A stretch of DNA of 64,000 nt from Oculatellaceae cyanobacterium bins.114 (GCA_033764315.1 JANRJA010000203.1:54385-118384); one strand, 5' to 3'; numbered from the stretch's first letter, positions 51,484 through 63,470 are shown. The notes: generated by a model not told the origin, from the sequence alone. Made by a program: numbers and translations.

Positions 51484-54306
51484 CTATACCAATTCAGAGG
51501 ATTGTTGAGCCACCGCCTGTTGAGGAGGTTGAGGTTGGAACTGGAACAACGAGTACACAACGTTCCGACGAATCTCAGTCATCATTTCGAGAAACAGTTC
51601 ATATCCTTCGCTCTTATATTCGATTAACGGGTCTTTTTGACCGTAACCGCGCAGACCCACCGACTCTCGCAATGCATCCATCTGTTGCAGGTGTTCACGC
51701 CACAGGGTGTCAATTTGCTGCAAGATGAAAAACCGCTCTGCTTGTCGCATCAATCCGGGTTGAATGGCATCGACCTGAGCTTCTTTGAGATCATAGGCAA
51801 TCCGAACTTGCTCGTGTAAGAAGGTTTTGACTTCAGTCAGAGTCATGTCTTCAAGCTGACTAGGCTCTAAGTCTTGCAAGAGATAGACAAATTCCTTCAC
51901 TTTGCTAACTAGCTTGGGCAATTCCCATTCTTCAGAAGGCAAGTCAGGGTTAATGTAAGCATCAACGATGTCATCCATCGTCCGCTCAGCATATTTAATC
52001 ACCTGTTCCTTCAGGTCTTGTCCTTCCAGCACTCGACGCCGCTCAGCATAAATGGCGCGACGCTGGTTGTTCATCACCTCGTCATATTCAAAGACCTGTT
52101 TTCGGATGTCGTAGTAATAGGTTTCAACCTTTTTCTGTGCTCCTTCCAGCGATCGCGTTAGCATGCCCGACTCAATCGGCATGTCTTCCTCAACTCGGAA
52201 AGCATTCATTAAGCCAGCAACGCGATCGCCCCCAAAGATCCGCAGCAAGTTGTCTTGCAAGCTGAGGAAGAACTTGGTGGAACCAGGATCACCCTGACGT
52301 CCGGCTCGACCGCGCAACTGGTTGTCAATCCGGCGAGACTCGTGACGCTCTGTCCCGATCACATGCAATCCGCCCAATCTGACGACTTCTTCGTGTTCAG
52401 CGTGGGTGTACTCCTCGTATTCTTTGCGAATCCGGTTGTAAATTTCCCGCAGTTTTAACAACACCGGATCAGGAGTTGGGGCTTTTTCGGCAGCGGTGGC
52501 AATTCGGTCTTCGGCTTCCAGTTCAGGGAGCGATCGCTCACCCCACTCACGCACCGCAAAATCAACGGCCTCTTTCAGCATCTTTTCAGTCTCAGCCGCC
52601 AACTCAGTCGGAAAGATTTGGGGAGAAGCTTTCCAGGTTTTTACCTTTTTGCTATCGGTTTGGGCAAAGCCCTTGCCACCACTGGGGCGATCGCGGAAGG
52701 AAACATCAGGAATTGCAAATTCGCCTTCATCCTCTGGCTGAACAATTCGAGGCATAAAATATTCCCGCACCTTCAAGCGAGCCATGTAGTCTGCATTACC
52801 ACCCAAGATGATGTCGGTACCGCGTCCCGCCATGTTGGTCGAGATTGTCACGGCTCCTTTGCGTCCGGCTTGCGCAATGATCTCAGATTCTCGCTCAACG
52901 TTTTCTGGTTTAGCGTTGAGCAGATTGTAAGGCACGTTCTTTTCAGACAACAGCCGCGACAACAACTCTGACTTTTCAACGCTGGTGGTACCTACCAGCA
53001 CAGGGCGTCCCACTTCGTGCATTTCTGCACACTCTTGAGCCACAGCAACCCATTTTGCGTTTTCATTCTTATAGACCACATCAGACAGGTCATGTCGTCC
53101 AGTGGGGCGGTTAGTTGGAATGATCGTCACTTCCAGGTTGTAAATCTTCTCAAACTCCGCCTCTTCGGTCTTAGCCGTCCCGGTCATGCCACCCAGCTTA
53201 GGGTAGATCAGGAAGAGGTTTTGGTAAGTGATAGTGGCGAGGGTTTGTGTCTCTGGCTGAATGTCAACCCGCTCCTTGGCTTCGATCGCCTGGTGCAGTC
53301 CATCGCTCCACCGACGACCGGGCATTACCCGTCCAGTGAACTCGTCCACAATCACAATTTCATTGTTGCGGACGATGTAATTGACATCTTTGATAAACAG
53401 TTCTTTGGCTTTGATGGCGTTAAAGACGTAGTGCGCCCAGGGATCTTTGGGATCAAACAAGTCCGTTACGCCCAAAATTTGTTCTGATTCAATAAACCCT
53501 TCGTCTGACAACAAGACGTTACGAGCCTTTTCATCGACCTCGTAGTGTCCGTTAGGGTCATCCTCATTTTCTTTGCGGGTCAAAGCGGCAGCAACCGCAG
53601 CAGCCCCCATATATTTCTCACTGGGACGCTCAACCTGACCTGAGATGATTAGAGGAGTCCGAGCTTCGTCAATCAGAACGGAGTCAACCTCGTCAATCAC
53701 ACAGTAGTTAAAGGGACGTTGCACCACATCTGCCATCGCAGTTGCCATGTTGTCGCGCAGGTAGTCAAACCCCAATTCACTGTTAGTGGCATAGGTGACA
53801 TCGCAGTCATAGCTCTTTCTGCGATCGCTAGGGTTCATGCCCTGCTGGATCAACCCGACCGTCAGCCCTAAAAATCGATGGATTTGCCCCATCCACTCGG
53901 CATCTCGACGAGCCAGGTAATCGTTCACAGTGACGACGTGCACGCCTTTACCTGTCAAAGCATTTAAGTAAGAAGGCAGGGTCGCCACCAGCGTTTTCCC
54001 CTCGCCTGTTTTCATTTCAGCAATTTGGCCATTGTGCAACACAATGCCACCCAGCAATTGAACGTCAAAATGACGCAGTCCTAATACCCGTCTGCCTGCT
54101 TCACGAACAACTGCAAAGGCTTCTGGTAAAAGATCGTCTAAGGATTCACCCTTATCGAGGCGTTGCTTAAATTCTCCTGTTTTGCCCCGCAACTCCTCAT
54201 CAGAGAGTGCCTCCATGTCTGGCTCTAACAGGTTGATTTCAACCACATCAGGTTTGTATTTCTTAAGCTTGCGTGCGTTGGGGTCACCCAGCAGAGTTTT
54301 TAACAT
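51484..54306 (-). CDS. secA: Preprotein translocase subunit SecA
   Basis: [26 protein letters not shown] and [13 protein letters not shown] motifs. Confidence 0.99.
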   Translation of the reverse strand: MLKTLLGDPNARKLKKYKPDVVEINLLEPDMEALSDEELRGKTGEFKQRLDKGESLDDLLPEAFAVVREAGRRVLGLRHFDVQLLGGIVLHNGQIAEMKTGEGKTLVATLPSYLNALTGKGVHVVTVNDYLARRDAEWMGQIHRFLGLTVGLIQQGMNPSDRRKSYDCDVTYATNSELGFDYLRDNMATAMADVVQRPFNYCVIDEVDSVLIDEARTPLIISGQVERPSEKYMGAAAVAAALTRKENEDDPNGHYEVDEKARNVLLSDEGFIESEQILGVTDLFDPKDPWAHYVFNAIKAKELFIKDVNYIVRNNEIVIVDEFTGRVMPGRRWSDGLHQAIEAKERVDIQPETQTLATITYQNLFLIYPKLGGMTGTAKTEEAEFEKIYNLEVTIIPTNRPTGRHDLSDVVYKNENAKWVAVAQECAEMHEVGRPVLVGTTSVEKSELLSRLLSEKNVPYNLLNAKPENVERESEIIAQAGRKGAVTISTNMAGRGTDIILGGNADYMARLKVREYFMPRIVQPEDEGEFAIPDVSFRDRPSGGKGFAQTDSKKVKTWKASPQIFPTELAAETEKMLKEAVDFAVREWGERSLPELEAEDRIATAAEKAPTPDPVLLKLREIYNRIRKEYEEYTHAEHEEVVRLGGLHVIGTERHESRRIDNQLRGRAGRQGDPGSTKFFLSLQDNLLRIFGGDRVAGLMNAFRVEEDMPIESGMLTRSLEGAQKKVETYYYDIRKQVFEYDEVMNNQRRAIYAERRRVLEGQDLKEQVIKYAERTMDDIVDAYINPDLPSEEWELPKLVSKVKEFVYLLQDLEPSQLEDMTLTEVKTFLHEQVRIAYDLKEAQVDAIQPGLMRQAERFFILQQIDTLWREHLQQMDALRESVGLRGYGQKDPLIEYKSEGYELFLEMMTEIRRNVVYSLFQFQPQPPQQAVAQQSSELV

Positions 54307-54516
54307 GGCGAGAGGCTAATGAGTTAGAGTCAAACAGTCGATATTATTTAGAGTGACATAAAGCCACGATGCTTTGGGAGTGGTAATCTCCGCCCAAGTA
54401 GTCGGTCATTTAGCAGAGGGGCGATCGCACCGACCGTCTATCTATCATAAAACTTCTTTTCTTTGAATACAGCAGTTCTCAGAAGCAGTCATCTCGGTAG
54501 CCCATCATCCACACCT

Positions 54517-55179
54517 CTACGGTGCATTCTCCCACTCTGACGTTAACTGACGAAAGTTAAATTGCAGAGCACTGGGATGACAACTAGTGCAGCTATCGAT
54601 CTGAATGCGATCGGGCAACTCGACTCTGGGGTGGAGTGCTTTAAAGTACCGGGAATCTTCGATGCGAAAGGGGAGCTGTTCGCCAGGTAAGGAAGGGCGT
54701 GAAAACGTGCGGACATAGTTCCAGACAAGCAGCAGAGCAGGTGCACGGAGGGGATTAATTTCGACCCCGTAATGGGATGCATCTTGCAGCAGGTTACGCC
54801 AAGTATCGGTCGGAAAGATTTGGGGAGGCAATCCGACATGGCAACTGGCGCAGTTCTCTAGATAGAGATCTTGACCCAGTTGATAGGCAGGCGGAACCAC
54901 ATCTACCGTGCCTACCGGGTTAGAACTGGCCGCTTGCGCCACCAGAGTTGCTGGAGTAGCACGGCTCGACTCAATAGGATTGGGTTCTGTGGCTTGAGCC
55001 AGACCAGTCCCTAACGCAACACACCACACGATCAGCACTAGAGCCAACACAGGGGTTACAAAGCGGTTCCCTGACTGGGGAAACCGTCGCTTGAGGTGGC
55101 GATCGCTCTCATGGGGGCGATTGAGCCATTGAAGAATTGGACGCAAGGTAAATTGGCGCAACACTTTCTTGAATGTCAT
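54517..55179 (-). CDS. Diheme cytochrome c family protein
   Basis: CASCH and CTSCH heme motifs after a TM/signal segment. Confidence 0.88.
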   Translation of the reverse strand: MTFKKVLRQFTLRPILQWLNRPHESDRHLKRRFPQSGNRFVTPVLALVLIVWCVALGTGLAQATEPNPIESSRATPATLVAQAASSNPVGTVDVVPPAYQLGQDLYLENCASCHVGLPPQIFPTDTWRNLLQDASHYGVEINPLRAPALLLVWNYVRTFSRPSLPGEQLPFRIEDSRYFKALHPRVELPDRIQIDSCTSCHPSALQFNFRQLTSEWENAP

Positions 55180-55369
55180 GAATTCCAGACTACACCAGTC
55201 TCACTTACAGCCGAATAAAAAGATTAGATCTATCCTGGTTATTCTAGGGGTTTAATTGTTAAATATTGTGTCTAAGATAGATCATCAATATTGTCTCTTC
55301 GACAATTAATCCTTTTCTCACGTCGCGCGATTTTTAAGTAGACACGTTTTAATAGCAGAGAGGAACTGG

Positions 55370-55864
55370 GTGACGATGGATTGCAGCCATATTCAATTTT
55401 GTGTTGACAATGCCTCCCAATCTCAAAATTATCGCCCGATCGACATGGAACAGTTGCAGCACCTTTTTAGAGTCGCTGCATTTTGGGCATGCGATCGCCG
55501 CATCGAAGATTTAGCAGTTGCCATTGCTCACAGTAAACCGGTTGTCACGGTGTGGGATGGCGATCGCTTGATTGGGTTTGCTCGTGCCACCTCCGATGGA
55601 GTGTATCGTGCCACAATTTGGGATGTGGTGATTCACCCGGACTATCAAGGGGCAGGGTTGGGCCGCAAAATGGTCGAGACAGTGTTGATGCACCCCCATG
55701 TCAATCGGGTTGAGCGGGTTTATCTGATGACCACCAACCAGCAAAAGTTTTATGAGCGCATCGGCTTTGAGGAAAATCAAACCACGACGATGGTGTTGTT
55801 TAACCAACCCGTCTCGCAAGACCACTTGCCCATCGTCACTGAGATTTCTCAGCAATCGTTTTAA
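55370..55864 (+). CDS. GNAT family N-acetyltransferase
   Basis: IGFARA..IWDVVIHPDYQGAGLG and FYERIGF motifs. Confidence 0.92.
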   Translation: MTMDCSHIQFCVDNASQSQNYRPIDMEQLQHLFRVAAFWACDRRIEDLAVAIAHSKPVVTVWDGDRLIGFARATSDGVYRATIWDVVIHPDYQGAGLGRKMVETVLMHPHVNRVERVYLMTTNQQKFYERIGFEENQTTTMVLFNQPVSQDHLPIVTEISQQSF

Positions 55865-55893
55865 CTCAGTCGTGAGTCAAGCTCACACTTGAC

Positions 55894-57276
55894 CTATGGC
55901 TTAGTTGGGTAAGGCACTCGAATCAACTGATTGGTGTTAGGAGATGATATTTTGGCGATCGCCCCATCTAACCAGCGCACCTCGACGCTCTCAATTTGGG
56001 TCTGTGTGCCCAGCCCAAAGTGAGCCACAGGCTCCATTTGACAAAGGTAGCCACTCCCCGCATCGATTACCTTGGTTTGTCTGCGGTCAGCCGTGGTCAA
56101 GCTGACGATCGTCCCTCGTGCGGGGGCACCATAGGGTGTCAATGGCAAAACCCGCAACCAGCCATGTCTGCTAGAGGCTTCTTGATGAGCCACATGATAT
56201 AGCGACAATGGTTGAGCACCCGACTCACCATGAGCAATCAGCAGTTCTAATCGCCCATCCCCATCAAAATCTCCGACGGCTGCTCCAGTGCCTAAACCTG
56301 ACGGTTCCAGAGCATCTCCAGTGTCTAAGGAGATCCATTTGCTATTGCGCCAGCCAAACAACCGATTGGGTTGACCAATGTTGTTAAAAAACAGCTCATC
56401 ATAGCCATCGTTGTCAAAATCAGCCGCAATCACGGTGCGAATGCGAGAGGGAATTGCCATCGCTAATGGGGCACTTTCCCGAAATTTGCTCGGCTCTTGC
56501 TGCAAATAAAGGCGATGCGGTCCTTCCCAATTGCCATACACCAGGTCAAACCGTCCATCCCCATTGGCATCTAAAACAGCAATGCCTCGCCCATGCTCAT
56601 AGGGATCGTTGAGATTGGCGATCGCTGCAATTTCAACAAATGTTCCATCTCCCTGATTGCGAAACAGAAAATTGGCTCCATTTTCGTTCGCCGCAAAAAT
56701 ATCCATGCGGTCTGAGACGAGCGGTGCTGCCACCAGTCCCCGTCCACCCGTTCTGAAATCAACGCCCGCCTCTGGAGCTACATCGGCCAACATACCATCC
56801 CCATTTAGCTCATACAACCGCATCGGCCCGCCATAATTTGCCACCATGCAGCCATACTTGCCATTGCCATAGCGATCGACCCAGGCCACTGAGCGTCCTG
56901 CTGTAAGGTTGAGAGAATCTTGATTTTGTGGCAGAGAAAACAAGTCTTGCCAGATCCCATCTTGCCAATCAAATAGGCGATCGCCAAACTGCTTGCGCCC
57001 CGTAAATGAGTCTGTATTCAACACATAAATTTCTTCTCGCCCGTCACCGTCTAAATCACCTGCGGCCACCCCAATCGCTCGCCGACCCTCATCTGCTAGC
57101 ACGTCATCAGCAATATCGACAAACCCCTCTCCCTGCCACTTGAGCACCAAGTTGCGTTCTCCAAAACCTGCCACAAACAACTCAAAGAAGCCATCTCCAT
57201 CAATATCAGTCACTGCAATTCCATAATTGAGTTGAGCCGGATTGTGAAGTAAGAGGGAGCTTTTATCAATAAACAT
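55894..57276 (-). CDS. CRTAC1/ASPIC-UnbV family FG-GAP repeat protein
   Basis: Multiple DxDGDG repeats; C-terminal GSGYLCQMEPVAHFGLG. Confidence 0.92.
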   Translation of the reverse strand: MFIDKSSLLLHNPAQLNYGIAVTDIDGDGFFELFVAGFGERNLVLKWQGEGFVDIADDVLADEGRRAIGVAAGDLDGDGREEIYVLNTDSFTGRKQFGDRLFDWQDGIWQDLFSLPQNQDSLNLTAGRSVAWVDRYGNGKYGCMVANYGGPMRLYELNGDGMLADVAPEAGVDFRTGGRGLVAAPLVSDRMDIFAANENGANFLFRNQGDGTFVEIAAIANLNDPYEHGRGIAVLDANGDGRFDLVYGNWEGPHRLYLQQEPSKFRESAPLAMAIPSRIRTVIAADFDNDGYDELFFNNIGQPNRLFGWRNSKWISLDTGDALEPSGLGTGAAVGDFDGDGRLELLIAHGESGAQPLSLYHVAHQEASSRHGWLRVLPLTPYGAPARGTIVSLTTADRRQTKVIDAGSGYLCQMEPVAHFGLGTQTQIESVEVRWLDGAIAKISSPNTNQLIRVPYPTKP

Positions 57277-57915
57277 AGCGACTATGCCGAGGCTGCACCC
57301 AGCGAGATGAGGTGAGAAAACTCAATGAATCATATAGAATAGGCCAAACCTTTAGGTCTGACTATCTAAATGGGTCGTTGATTGCCAGTATTGTTAGCCC
57401 TGAAAAGAGCAGGATGATGAAAGGGTAGACTACGACAAATATCTGAGCGGAAGGAGAGAAACGCTCGTTATCACGTCATTCATTACCATCCCCTGCTTCA
57501 ATCCTTTCCTATTTACGACCATCCAACTATCGTGCCAGGGTTGTGACAGTTTGACCAGAACTCCACATCTAAGACTTGGTTAACTGACAAAAGTTTTACA
57601 AGGTTAATGGCTTTGTTGCTCACTCGCCCCGACATAACTGTCTATGTCCTGGTCTCTTTAAGCCTAACCTGCAATGCATCCAGGCATCTGGGTTAGAAAA
57701 AAGGCTTTTAGAATCAAGAGAGAGGAATGATTGGTTAATCGTCAGTAGCTGGGTAATGACGATGACGCGATGAGCAGAGCAGTTACTTTGCCTCATTACT
57801 CAGAGCGATAAAGCCACCACAGCCATCACTCAGCCCTTCCCCTCCCACGATTAGCCCAGACCCAATTAATCCTCCCTCTTTAGCTTTTTTTGCCCCTCTT
57901 ACCATCGTTGCTCCT

Positions 57916-58704
57916 ATGAATCTTTGGACCTATCTATTACATCTTGCTGGCTCTGGTGCCGTTGCTTATGTCACTGCTGCCAATCTACGGGACTCTAAAA
58001 CGCGCCCCAATGTGTTGGCTGGTTTTCAACTCGCAGAGTCTGGTTCGGTTCCTTTTTTACAAGCGTTAAGTCAACGAGCCGCCAATGAGGGCAATTCATG
58101 GTTGGCAGAACGACTCACCTGCCACGCTCAAGATGAGCAACGACATGGTCAGATTTTTGCCCAGGCTTTGAAACGGCTGAATAAGCAGGTTATTGACTTC
58201 AACAATCTAGCGAAGACCAATCCTGAGAGTGAACCCACTGAGCGACGACGCAGTCCCTTTTTTGAAGCCTATTTTGAAGGCTACGGTTCAGAACAGTTAA
58301 GCCCTCAAACCATTGATTGGATGGTGTTTTTTGCCAGCACCTATATTTTGGAACTGGATGCCAGCAAAGAGTTTGCTCGTATGGCAAGAGCTCTCCCAGA
58401 TGATGCCGCCAGCATTGCCCTACAAAAAGGGTTGTTCAGTGTTGCCAGTGATGAAACAGGCCATGCGGCTTATCTATATGAGGCAATGCAGCGATGTGCC
58501 CCTGACACAGTAGTAGAGGCCGCGATCGCCCAATGGAGGACTCGTAAAGTCAATGCGCTGTTTGCGATGGTAGGCAATTTGTGGCAGAGGAGTGGCAAAT
58601 TTCCGTCTATGGTTCAAGATGGAATCTCCCCTGAAATGGCTAGTCTGGTTGAAGACCCTATAGAAGCGGAGTCGGCTGTGGTTTCAGTACCCACAAGGGT
58701 TTAA
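57916..58704 (+). CDS. Ferritin-like domain protein
   Basis: Diiron ligand pattern: AESG, DEQRH, LELDA, DETGH. Confidence 0.82.
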   Translation: MNLWTYLLHLAGSGAVAYVTAANLRDSKTRPNVLAGFQLAESGSVPFLQALSQRAANEGNSWLAERLTCHAQDEQRHGQIFAQALKRLNKQVIDFNNLAKTNPESEPTERRRSPFFEAYFEGYGSEQLSPQTIDWMVFFASTYILELDASKEFARMARALPDDAASIALQKGLFSVASDETGHAAYLYEAMQRCAPDTVVEAAIAQWRTRKVNALFAMVGNLWQRSGKFPSMVQDGISPEMASLVEDPIEAESAVVSVPTRV

Positions 58705-58815
58705 GCAATCACGAGCCAATGGCAAATGTTCATTGGTCTTTGCCCTGCCATCGCTGTTAAGCCTTTAATTCTTATTTCTCGCTTCCTTAATCTCTTTACT
58801 TTTTTTCTCTCCTCT

Positions 58816-60177
58816 ATGTCTGTTCTTCGTGCTTTATGGCTAGCTACAGTGGCGATCGCCGCCTGTAGCTCGATTGAGTCTTCATCAGTACCATCCTCAC
58901 CAGCATCTGCTCCTGCCATAGCACCTAACGCAAGCCCATCATCGAGCGGCAGTGTGGCGGCGATTCCAGCAGCAGCAACCCGTAATGTGATTCCCACCAC
59001 CCCCTTAGCGGTCAATCCCATTCGGTTGACCATAGCAGACTTGCCACAACCCTTTGCGACTCAAAGTGCTTCTAAATCACCCAACGTAGTAGGGATTCCT
59101 CAAAATCCATCTTTGCAAGTGCCAGAAGGGTTCGTCGTTAACGTTTTTGCAGAAGAACTCGATCGCCCCCGTTGGTTGACCCTCACTCCCACAGGCGATG
59201 TGCTTGTCACCGAAACTCGACAAAATCGGATTCGTTTACTGCGAGATGCGAATGGGGATGGAGCCGCCGAAGTAGTGCAATCTTTTGCAACGGCTGACAA
59301 CGGCTTAGAGATTCCCTTTGGGATGGCGTTTGCGAATGACTTCTTCTTTTTAGGTAACACGGCTGAGGTACGCCGCTATCCTTATCAAGCAGGGCAAACC
59401 CAATTAACTGGACGAGGGGAGAAAATTTCAGATTTACCCGGAGGAGGGTATAACCAGCACTGGACTCGCAATGTTGTTGCGTCTCCTGATGGGCAACACC
59501 TATACGTGTCAGTCGGCTCTCGCTCCAATGTCGATCAGGAAAACCTGCCTCGTGCCTCAGTGCAGCGCATGAACTTGGATGGGTCTAATCAACAAACTTT
59601 CGCATTTGGCTTACGCAACCCAGTGGGATTAGACTTTCATCCCGCCACGGGTGAGCTTTATACCACCGTTAACGAACGGGACGGGTTAGGCGATGATCTG
59701 GTGCCCGATTATTTCACCCGCATTCAAGCTGGCGAATTTTATGGCTGGCCGTTTGCCTATCTCACAAGCGATCGCCTTGATCCACGACAACAACAAGGCG
59801 ATCGCAGTCGTAACCCCGATCTGGCTGCCCGCACTCGCACCCCTGATGTGTTATTTCAAGCCCATTCTGCTGCTCTAGGTGTGCAATTTTATGATGGCAA
59901 CACCTTCCCAGACCGTTACCGCAATGGAGCCTTTATTGCCTTTAGAGGATCATGGAATCGCAACCAGGGTACTGGATACAAAATTGTGTTTGTGCCGTTT
60001 AACGCCCAAAATCGTCCTCAGGGGTACTACGAAGACTTTGTCACCGGATTTTTAATCGATCCTAACGGGCCTACCACCTGGGGTCGCCCCGTCGGAGTCT
60101 TGGTACATCCCGATGGCAGCTTGCTCTTTACCGATGAAGCTAACGGGCGGATTTATCGCGTGCAATATCAAGGCTAG
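58816..60177 (+). CDS. PQQ-dependent sugar/sorbosone dehydrogenase family lipoprotein
   Basis: AIAAC lipobox; HWTRN, GLRNPVG, NERD..GDDLVPDY and WGRPVGV motifs. Confidence 0.9.
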   Translation: MSVLRALWLATVAIAACSSIESSSVPSSPASAPAIAPNASPSSSGSVAAIPAAATRNVIPTTPLAVNPIRLTIADLPQPFATQSASKSPNVVGIPQNPSLQVPEGFVVNVFAEELDRPRWLTLTPTGDVLVTETRQNRIRLLRDANGDGAAEVVQSFATADNGLEIPFGMAFANDFFFLGNTAEVRRYPYQAGQTQLTGRGEKISDLPGGGYNQHWTRNVVASPDGQHLYVSVGSRSNVDQENLPRASVQRMNLDGSNQQTFAFGLRNPVGLDFHPATGELYTTVNERDGLGDDLVPDYFTRIQAGEFYGWPFAYLTSDRLDPRQQQGDRSRNPDLAARTRTPDVLFQAHSAALGVQFYDGNTFPDRYRNGAFIAFRGSWNRNQGTGYKIVFVPFNAQNRPQGYYEDFVTGFLIDPNGPTTWGRPVGVLVHPDGSLLFTDEANGRIYRVQYQG

Positions 60178-60251
60178 CGTTGCTCATTACCTAACACAAA
60201 CATCTTGAAACTCCACAGACCGCCAAGGGTGTGGGTATTGTTATACAGTGG

Positions 60252-60983
60252 TTAACCGCATTGCCAAAAGAACCAACCATCAGGTCTTTCAGATTGATGT
60301 CGAAGGAAAATATAGCCAATGCCTCCATCACCAAAGTTAGGACCTTCACAGCCCCAATACTCTGAAGATAAATAAATGTATACACCCTTTTGAGAAGAGG
60401 GTTTCTGGAAAAATTTGTAGGAATCGCTAAGCTGACCAATAAATGTCCACCCTACACCGGGTGCTTCATCTGAACTTTGTACCCATTCTGGAACACTTCC
60501 AAGTTTTGTCCCAGCATATACTTTCTCGTGTGTCTCATCCGGCAGATTTCGGAGCCGCTCTTCATCATAAAATGCAGACTCTTCATCTAAAGAGATTTCA
60601 TCGTCCTGAATAACCCAGTCAACAATGCGAGCCTCAAGCTCAAGGAATGGAGCATCTGATGGCAGCGGTGTGAGATGGTCTGAAAGCTCCTCTGAATCAA
60701 GAACAACACAAGCATTAGCTCCAGAGCCACCCTCCCAGGTTGGGCAAAATCCTGGATTGTGGTTGCATTGAAAAACAAGCAGTGTACGACCAGGCTTCCC
60801 TAAATCGAGTCTTTCTGGATGATGCACGAATTGAGCGAGAAGCGATTGGCTTTTTCCGCAATCACTACAAATGGGGTAATGTTCTGGCTTTAATCCCCAC
60901 GGTAGACCTCCAAGTTTGTCTTCTAATTTTTCTTGAGGCGGAAGATCTACGCTCAGTTTTAGGTTAGGAACAAAGTATCTCAA
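60252..60983 (-). CDS. Hypothetical protein (YwqG/DUF1963-like)
   Basis: KLGGLPW..YPICSDCG..LLAQF, TKLGSVPEWVQ and NFGDGGIGYIF; ATGA overlap with the mobA stop. Confidence 0.65.
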   Translation of the reverse strand: MRYFVPNLKLSVDLPPQEKLEDKLGGLPWGLKPEHYPICSDCGKSQSLLAQFVHHPERLDLGKPGRTLLVFQCNHNPGFCPTWEGGSGANACVVLDSEELSDHLTPLPSDAPFLELEARIVDWVIQDDEISLDEESAFYDEERLRNLPDETHEKVYAGTKLGSVPEWVQSSDEAPGVGWTFIGQLSDSYKFFQKPSSQKGVYIYLSSEYWGCEGPNFGDGGIGYIFLRHQSERPDGWFFWQCG

Positions 60984-61654
60984 TCATTCTCCCCCTTTTG
61001 CTCTTCGCTTAATCCTAACGTGGTCAAGTCCTCTGGGGTATTGCAATTGAGGAGAATGCTGGGATCGCTCAGAGGCAACTCAGCTACCGTTTGAGTCTCT
61101 AACCAACGTTGAAACGATCGCCCCCCGGTGTCAATAAACCTCTGCAATTCTGGCAAACCCGATCGCCGATAAAACCCACATAACGGCTCCCATCGGTTAG
61201 ACTGACGCGGCAAATACGCGATCGCCTCTGGTGAAATGTTGGGGAGTTGGGCGATCGCCGCTTGCAACACATCGGCTCTCAATCGCGGCATGTCACATGC
61301 CAACACTAACACCCAATCTGTGTTGACCTGAGCCAACCCTCTAGCAAAACCCACCAACGGTCCCTGAGGTTGCCAACTCAACATCGATTCACCTTCTGGA
61401 ATGATTTGGCAATCGCTAGGCACAATCTCGTGATATCGCTCTGCCCACCCTGTCACTACATACACCGGATTGGCGCACTGTTGAGCGATCTGACAAACCG
61501 ATTGCAATAATGGTATGCCATTGACAGCAAGCAGGGCTTTATCACACCCCATCCGTACACTGTTTCCACCTGCCAAAACGATCGCGGCTAATTCAGGCTT
61601 GGTTAGATTGATCAGCATCATCCGCTTCCCCTGTCCATATATAACCGTAGACAC
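60980..61654 (-). CDS. mobA: Molybdenum cofactor guanylyltransferase
   Basis: VLAGGNSVRMGCDKA, GPLVG, LACDMP, EPLCG and NCNTPED motifs; start uncertain. Confidence 0.93.
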   Translation of the reverse strand: MSTVIYGQGKRMMLINLTKPELAAIVLAGGNSVRMGCDKALLAVNGIPLLQSVCQIAQQCANPVYVVTGWAERYHEIVPSDCQIIPEGESMLSWQPQGPLVGFARGLAQVNTDWVLVLACDMPRLRADVLQAAIAQLPNISPEAIAYLPRQSNRWEPLCGFYRRSGLPELQRFIDTGGRSFQRWLETQTVAELPLSDPSILLNCNTPEDLTTLGLSEEQKGEND

Positions 61655-61755
61655 TCTACTCAGAGCATTTGGTTTAGAAATGACAGAATCAAGGCATAGA
61701 TGGAGTGTTCTGACAAACTGGGCTATTGCTGTAAACCCTTGGAGATTTGCTTAAA

Positions 61756-61888
61756 CCAGAGGCACCCGTACTTGGAACCGATGCGAAGCGCGGGTTTGGG
61801 TAAACTGAAACACCTTCTGCTAGGGGGTTTGGGGGAGGCAGTGGCGTCCCCCAATTGGGGGTTTGGGGGAGAATTCCCCCAATGCCTG
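61756..61888. repeat. Dispersed repeat, family C (copy 2)
   Basis: Colinear with 38547-38644, plus an internal duplication of GGGGGTTTGGGGGAG. Confidence 0.75.
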
Positions 61889-61912
61889 GTTCCCCTAACT
61901 TCCATCCACTGT

Positions 61913-62137
61913 CTAATCCTCAATCTCAACTCGTTTTAACTTAGACGACAACCCCGATTTGATCGTAATTTTCGATTTGGGTACATCAAACTGCTTGGCT
62001 AAAACTTGAATCAACTCCGCGTTCGCTTTGCCATCCACTGGGGGAGACTTAAGGTGAATCACCCAGGAACCATCCTCAGCCATCTGGACAGCTTGTTTTT
62101 TTGCATTAGGCTTGACTTTAATTTGAATAACTTGCAT
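61913..62137 (-). CDS. DUF167/YggU family protein
   Basis: [26 protein letters not shown]. Confidence 0.9.
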   Translation of the reverse strand: MQVIQIKVKPNAKKQAVQMAEDGSWVIHLKSPPVDGKANAELIQVLAKQFDVPKSKITIKSGLSSKLKRVEIED

Positions 62138-62178
62138 GGGTCGCCCCAAAAAGATCACATCATCATTTGACCTGGCAG

Positions 62179-62979
62179 CTATAAGGCTTGAATCAAGCCA
62201 ATCACCACTAAAACTGCACCCACCCCAATGCAGCCAACCATGCCATATAACGCTCCTTGAGCATTGCGATCGGCAGCTTTGGTCAGCTCTTCATCCGTTT
62301 TCAAGGAAATAATAAATTGCTGATCCGATACAGATGGTTTTTGAATCACCAAACCACCACTATCACTCACCATACCCAGCACTAACACCTTGCGATAAAG
62401 CGGCAAAATCGATTCAGAATACCGATAACCCAGGGTTCTGCGACTGCCAAACGAAGAATTTACCGCCAAGGAGAATCCACCAAACGATAGCAATCCTCCA
62501 ACAGCTTGCTCTGGGCGAAACTCATCCAATATTTTAACTGTTTCAATATTGGCTCCATCAGGGTTGACCTCAATTGCACCTACCTCATCCCGAATCGTAA
62601 AGGGAATGGATTGCTGGTTGCTAGAGATCACCTCAGACCCCCGTTGCGTATCTCGATAAGATTTTCCTTCACTATCTTGTTTAGTAACCGTCTCCTCATA
62701 CTCTCGCCGCACTTCCATCTTGTAATAGACACAGGATTGCTGCTTGAGTTCAGAGGTCAATGGGCGATCGCACTGAATTACCCCCGATAGTTTGACATAA
62801 TCACGCCAGTTGCCCCCACCCATTTCTTGGGCGATCGCCTTTGACATTTGGCTCAACTCAGTCGTTGTCACTGCACGAGCCGTTCTCAAACAAAACGCCT
62901 TATTTTTCTGATTTTTTTGAACAAAAAAGAGGACGACACCAACAATTATCAAAACAACGCCTGCGATCAGGAATCCCAT
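62179..62979 (-). CDS. GIDE-domain (E3 ligase-associated) membrane protein
   Basis: N- and C-terminal TM segments; [28 protein letters not shown]; start uncertain. Confidence 0.72.
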   Translation of the reverse strand: MGFLIAGVVLIIVGVVLFFVQKNQKNKAFCLRTARAVTTTELSQMSKAIAQEMGGGNWRDYVKLSGVIQCDRPLTSELKQQSCVYYKMEVRREYEETVTKQDSEGKSYRDTQRGSEVISSNQQSIPFTIRDEVGAIEVNPDGANIETVKILDEFRPEQAVGGLLSFGGFSLAVNSSFGSRRTLGYRYSESILPLYRKVLVLGMVSDSGGLVIQKPSVSDQQFIISLKTDEELTKAADRNAQGALYGMVGCIGVGAVLVVIGLIQAL

Positions 62980-63075
62980 TTCATCCGCTCCATTTAACCC
63001 AGCTTGAGACATGTCATATCTCTCCAAACCATCTTGGCTGAGCAAATGCAGGATTTCAGGAAATGATAAAGAGAG

Positions 63076-63399
63076 TTACACAGTCTCAGATGGGGCATAC
63101 GATTCATCAGGTGGATGAAATCGTGGATGTAATAATGACTCAACGGGTTGATCGGCTTTGAGATGCTGTTCCACAATTGACGTCACATCCTCAGAGGTGA
63201 CCCGACAATACCATACCCGGTCAGGCATAACTTGCACCGTTGGACCCGATGCACACTGACCCATGCAATCACTGCCACTGGCATAGACTCCATCCAGATC
63301 TTCGGCTTGAAACGCGGCTAACACCTCTTCTGATCCATTTCTCGCACAAGACCGATGCTGACAAACCAAAACACAGCGACGCTTCATAAACGAGTCCAT
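63076..63399 (-). CDS. Thioredoxin-like [2Fe-2S] ferredoxin
   Basis: VCQHRSC..CMGQCASGP..WY..IVEQHL. Confidence 0.9.
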   Translation of the reverse strand: MDSFMKRRCVLVCQHRSCARNGSEEVLAAFQAEDLDGVYASGSDCMGQCASGPTVQVMPDRVWYCRVTSEDVTSIVEQHLKADQPVESLLHPRFHPPDESYAPSETV

Positions 63400-63470
63400 T
63401 CACCCATTACTCATATACCTGTCGTCTTAACTATCGCCTTATCCCACTGACCCCTGGCTTTGCATCTTAA

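Noticed and set aside
51484..54306. Extra segment in SecA as a possible intein
   Set aside because: No intein splice-junction motifs, and the length fits normal cyanobacterial/plastid SecA.
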